NCBI GenBank assembly: GCA_963707985.1
Contig: CAVPRW010000031.1
Coordinates: 320,001-384,000 of the forward strand
Direction: 5' to 3'
Source: an uncultured Nitrospinota bacterium
GTDB lineage: Bacteria; Tectomicrobia; Entotheonellia; J063; CAVPRW01
Length of the DNA stretch: 64,000 bases
The first letter of the stretch is position 1, and the number at the start of each line of letters is the position of its first letter. The notes below the pieces were generated by a model. It was not told where the DNA came from, made no database searches, and saw only the letters and a list, made by a program, of their open reading frames with translations. Made by a program: the position numbers and the translations under genes. This document shows positions 63,143 to 64,000 of the stretch, one piece after another.

Positions 63143-64000
63143 TCACCGTCCAGGCCCTGTGCCTGTGGCCGAGCCGTCCGCTGGGTATGGCAGCGTGTTG
63201 TCGATGGCCGCGATCTTCTCCGGAGGCAAGCGCGGCAGATACAGCTCGCCCCGCTCACGCCATGCCTGCACCCGTGCCTCCGCCGCCCGGGCCCGGTCAG
63301 GATCGAGCCCGGGGCCCTGTTCGACATAGGTCGTCTGCGACGGGAAGGCAAAGCTGGAGCCTGCCGCGGCGACGATGTCCATGATCCGGAGATTGAGGTC
63401 CTCGGCGACCTCCAGGTACTCGCCGTAGTCGGTCACGGTGACATAGCTGAACACCTCGAGGTCTAGCGACGAGCTGCCGAAGCGGACGAACCGGACGCGG
63501 GCCGACGCCGAGTCGACCTTGGGGTGCGCATAGAGCAGCTGACGCACCTCGACCAGGACGTAGCGGAGCTGGTCCGGGGTCGTCTCGTAGCGCAAGCCGA
63601 GCGTCGGATGGTACCAGAACCGGTCGCGCCTGGCGAAGTTCTCGATTTGGAGGTTCGAGAACTCCGCGTTCGGGATGGTGACGATGGTGCGGTCGGGGGT
63701 CCGCAGCCGCGTCGAGCGCAACCCCACCTCCTCGACGGTGCCGAGCGTCCCGCCGAAGCGACAGACTTCCCCCACCCGCACGGGCTGGTCGGCGTAGAGC
63801 GTGATGCTGCCGATGAAGTTTTCCAACGTCTTCTGCGCCGCCAGCGCCACCGCGATGCCGCCGATGCCCAGCCCCGCCAGCACGGTGATGACGTTGACGC
63901 CGAAACTGTGGACCACGGCGAGGCCAGCGAAGGTGGCGATGAAGATCTTTGCCGACTTCCGGAGCACAGGGAGGAGGGGGAGTAAAGTGGTCCTGCCGCG
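63143..64000 (-). CDS. mscS: Mechanosensitive channel MscS family (5' end beyond window)
   Basis: LAGLGIGGIAVALAAQ, GTVEEVGLRSTRLRT, TIPN, FAFPS. Confidence 0.93.
   Translation of the reverse strand, partial: RGRTTLLPLLPVLRKSAKIFIATFAGLAVVHSFGVNVITVLAGLGIGGIAVALAAQKTLENFIGSITLYADQPVRVGEVCRFGGTLGTVEEVGLRSTRLRTPDRTIVTIPNAEFSNLQIENFARRDRFWYHPTLGLRYETTPDQLRYVLVEVRQLLYAHPKVDSASARVRFVRFGSSSLDLEVFSYVTVTDYGEYLEVAEDLNLRIMDIVAAAGSSFAFPSQTTYVEQGPGLDPDRARAAEARVQAWRERGELYLPRLPPEKIAAIDNTLPYPADGSATGTGPGR

Overview
High-GC bacterial window with a housekeeping backbone and a decaying accessory island. The backbone covers 1-5.9 kb (dienelactone hydrolase, heterodimeric ABC exporter, M3-like pseudo-peptidase) and 38-64 kb (methyltransferase, SDR, RNase H-like exonuclease, nrnA, mtaB, PHP, MaoC pair, MBL hydrolase, amidase, uvrB, chorismate-mutase-like gene, etfBA, S41 protease, gcvT-H-PA-PB plus lipoate ligase, outer-membrane protein, patatin, MscS). 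The island (about 5.9-38 kb) carries heavy-metal genes: diheme cytochrome c, Met-rich periplasmic proteins, CusA/FixH/TolC/CusB efflux, a PCYCGC fragment, two MerR, MerB-like lyase, thioredoxin/glutaredoxin, YnfA, and ArsR with a P1B ATPase. It also holds broken toxin-antitoxin and HNH genes, IS4/IS5/IS701/IS630 remnants and at least eight MITE-like elements. Main signals the ORF track misses: (1) a UxxC selenocysteine glutaredoxin with a SECIS-like hairpin heading a MerR-promoted merB-like operon; (2) a Trp-rich leader peptide and attenuator upstream of a catalytically degenerate chorismate mutase homolog; (3) an IS630-end-bounded cassette carrying a phage-like beta-helix gene inserted into a brnT gene; (4) a P1B ATPase with CAC instead of CPC. 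Several conserved genes have single indels, probably sequencing or assembly errors. All family calls come from motif recognition by eye; no searches were run.
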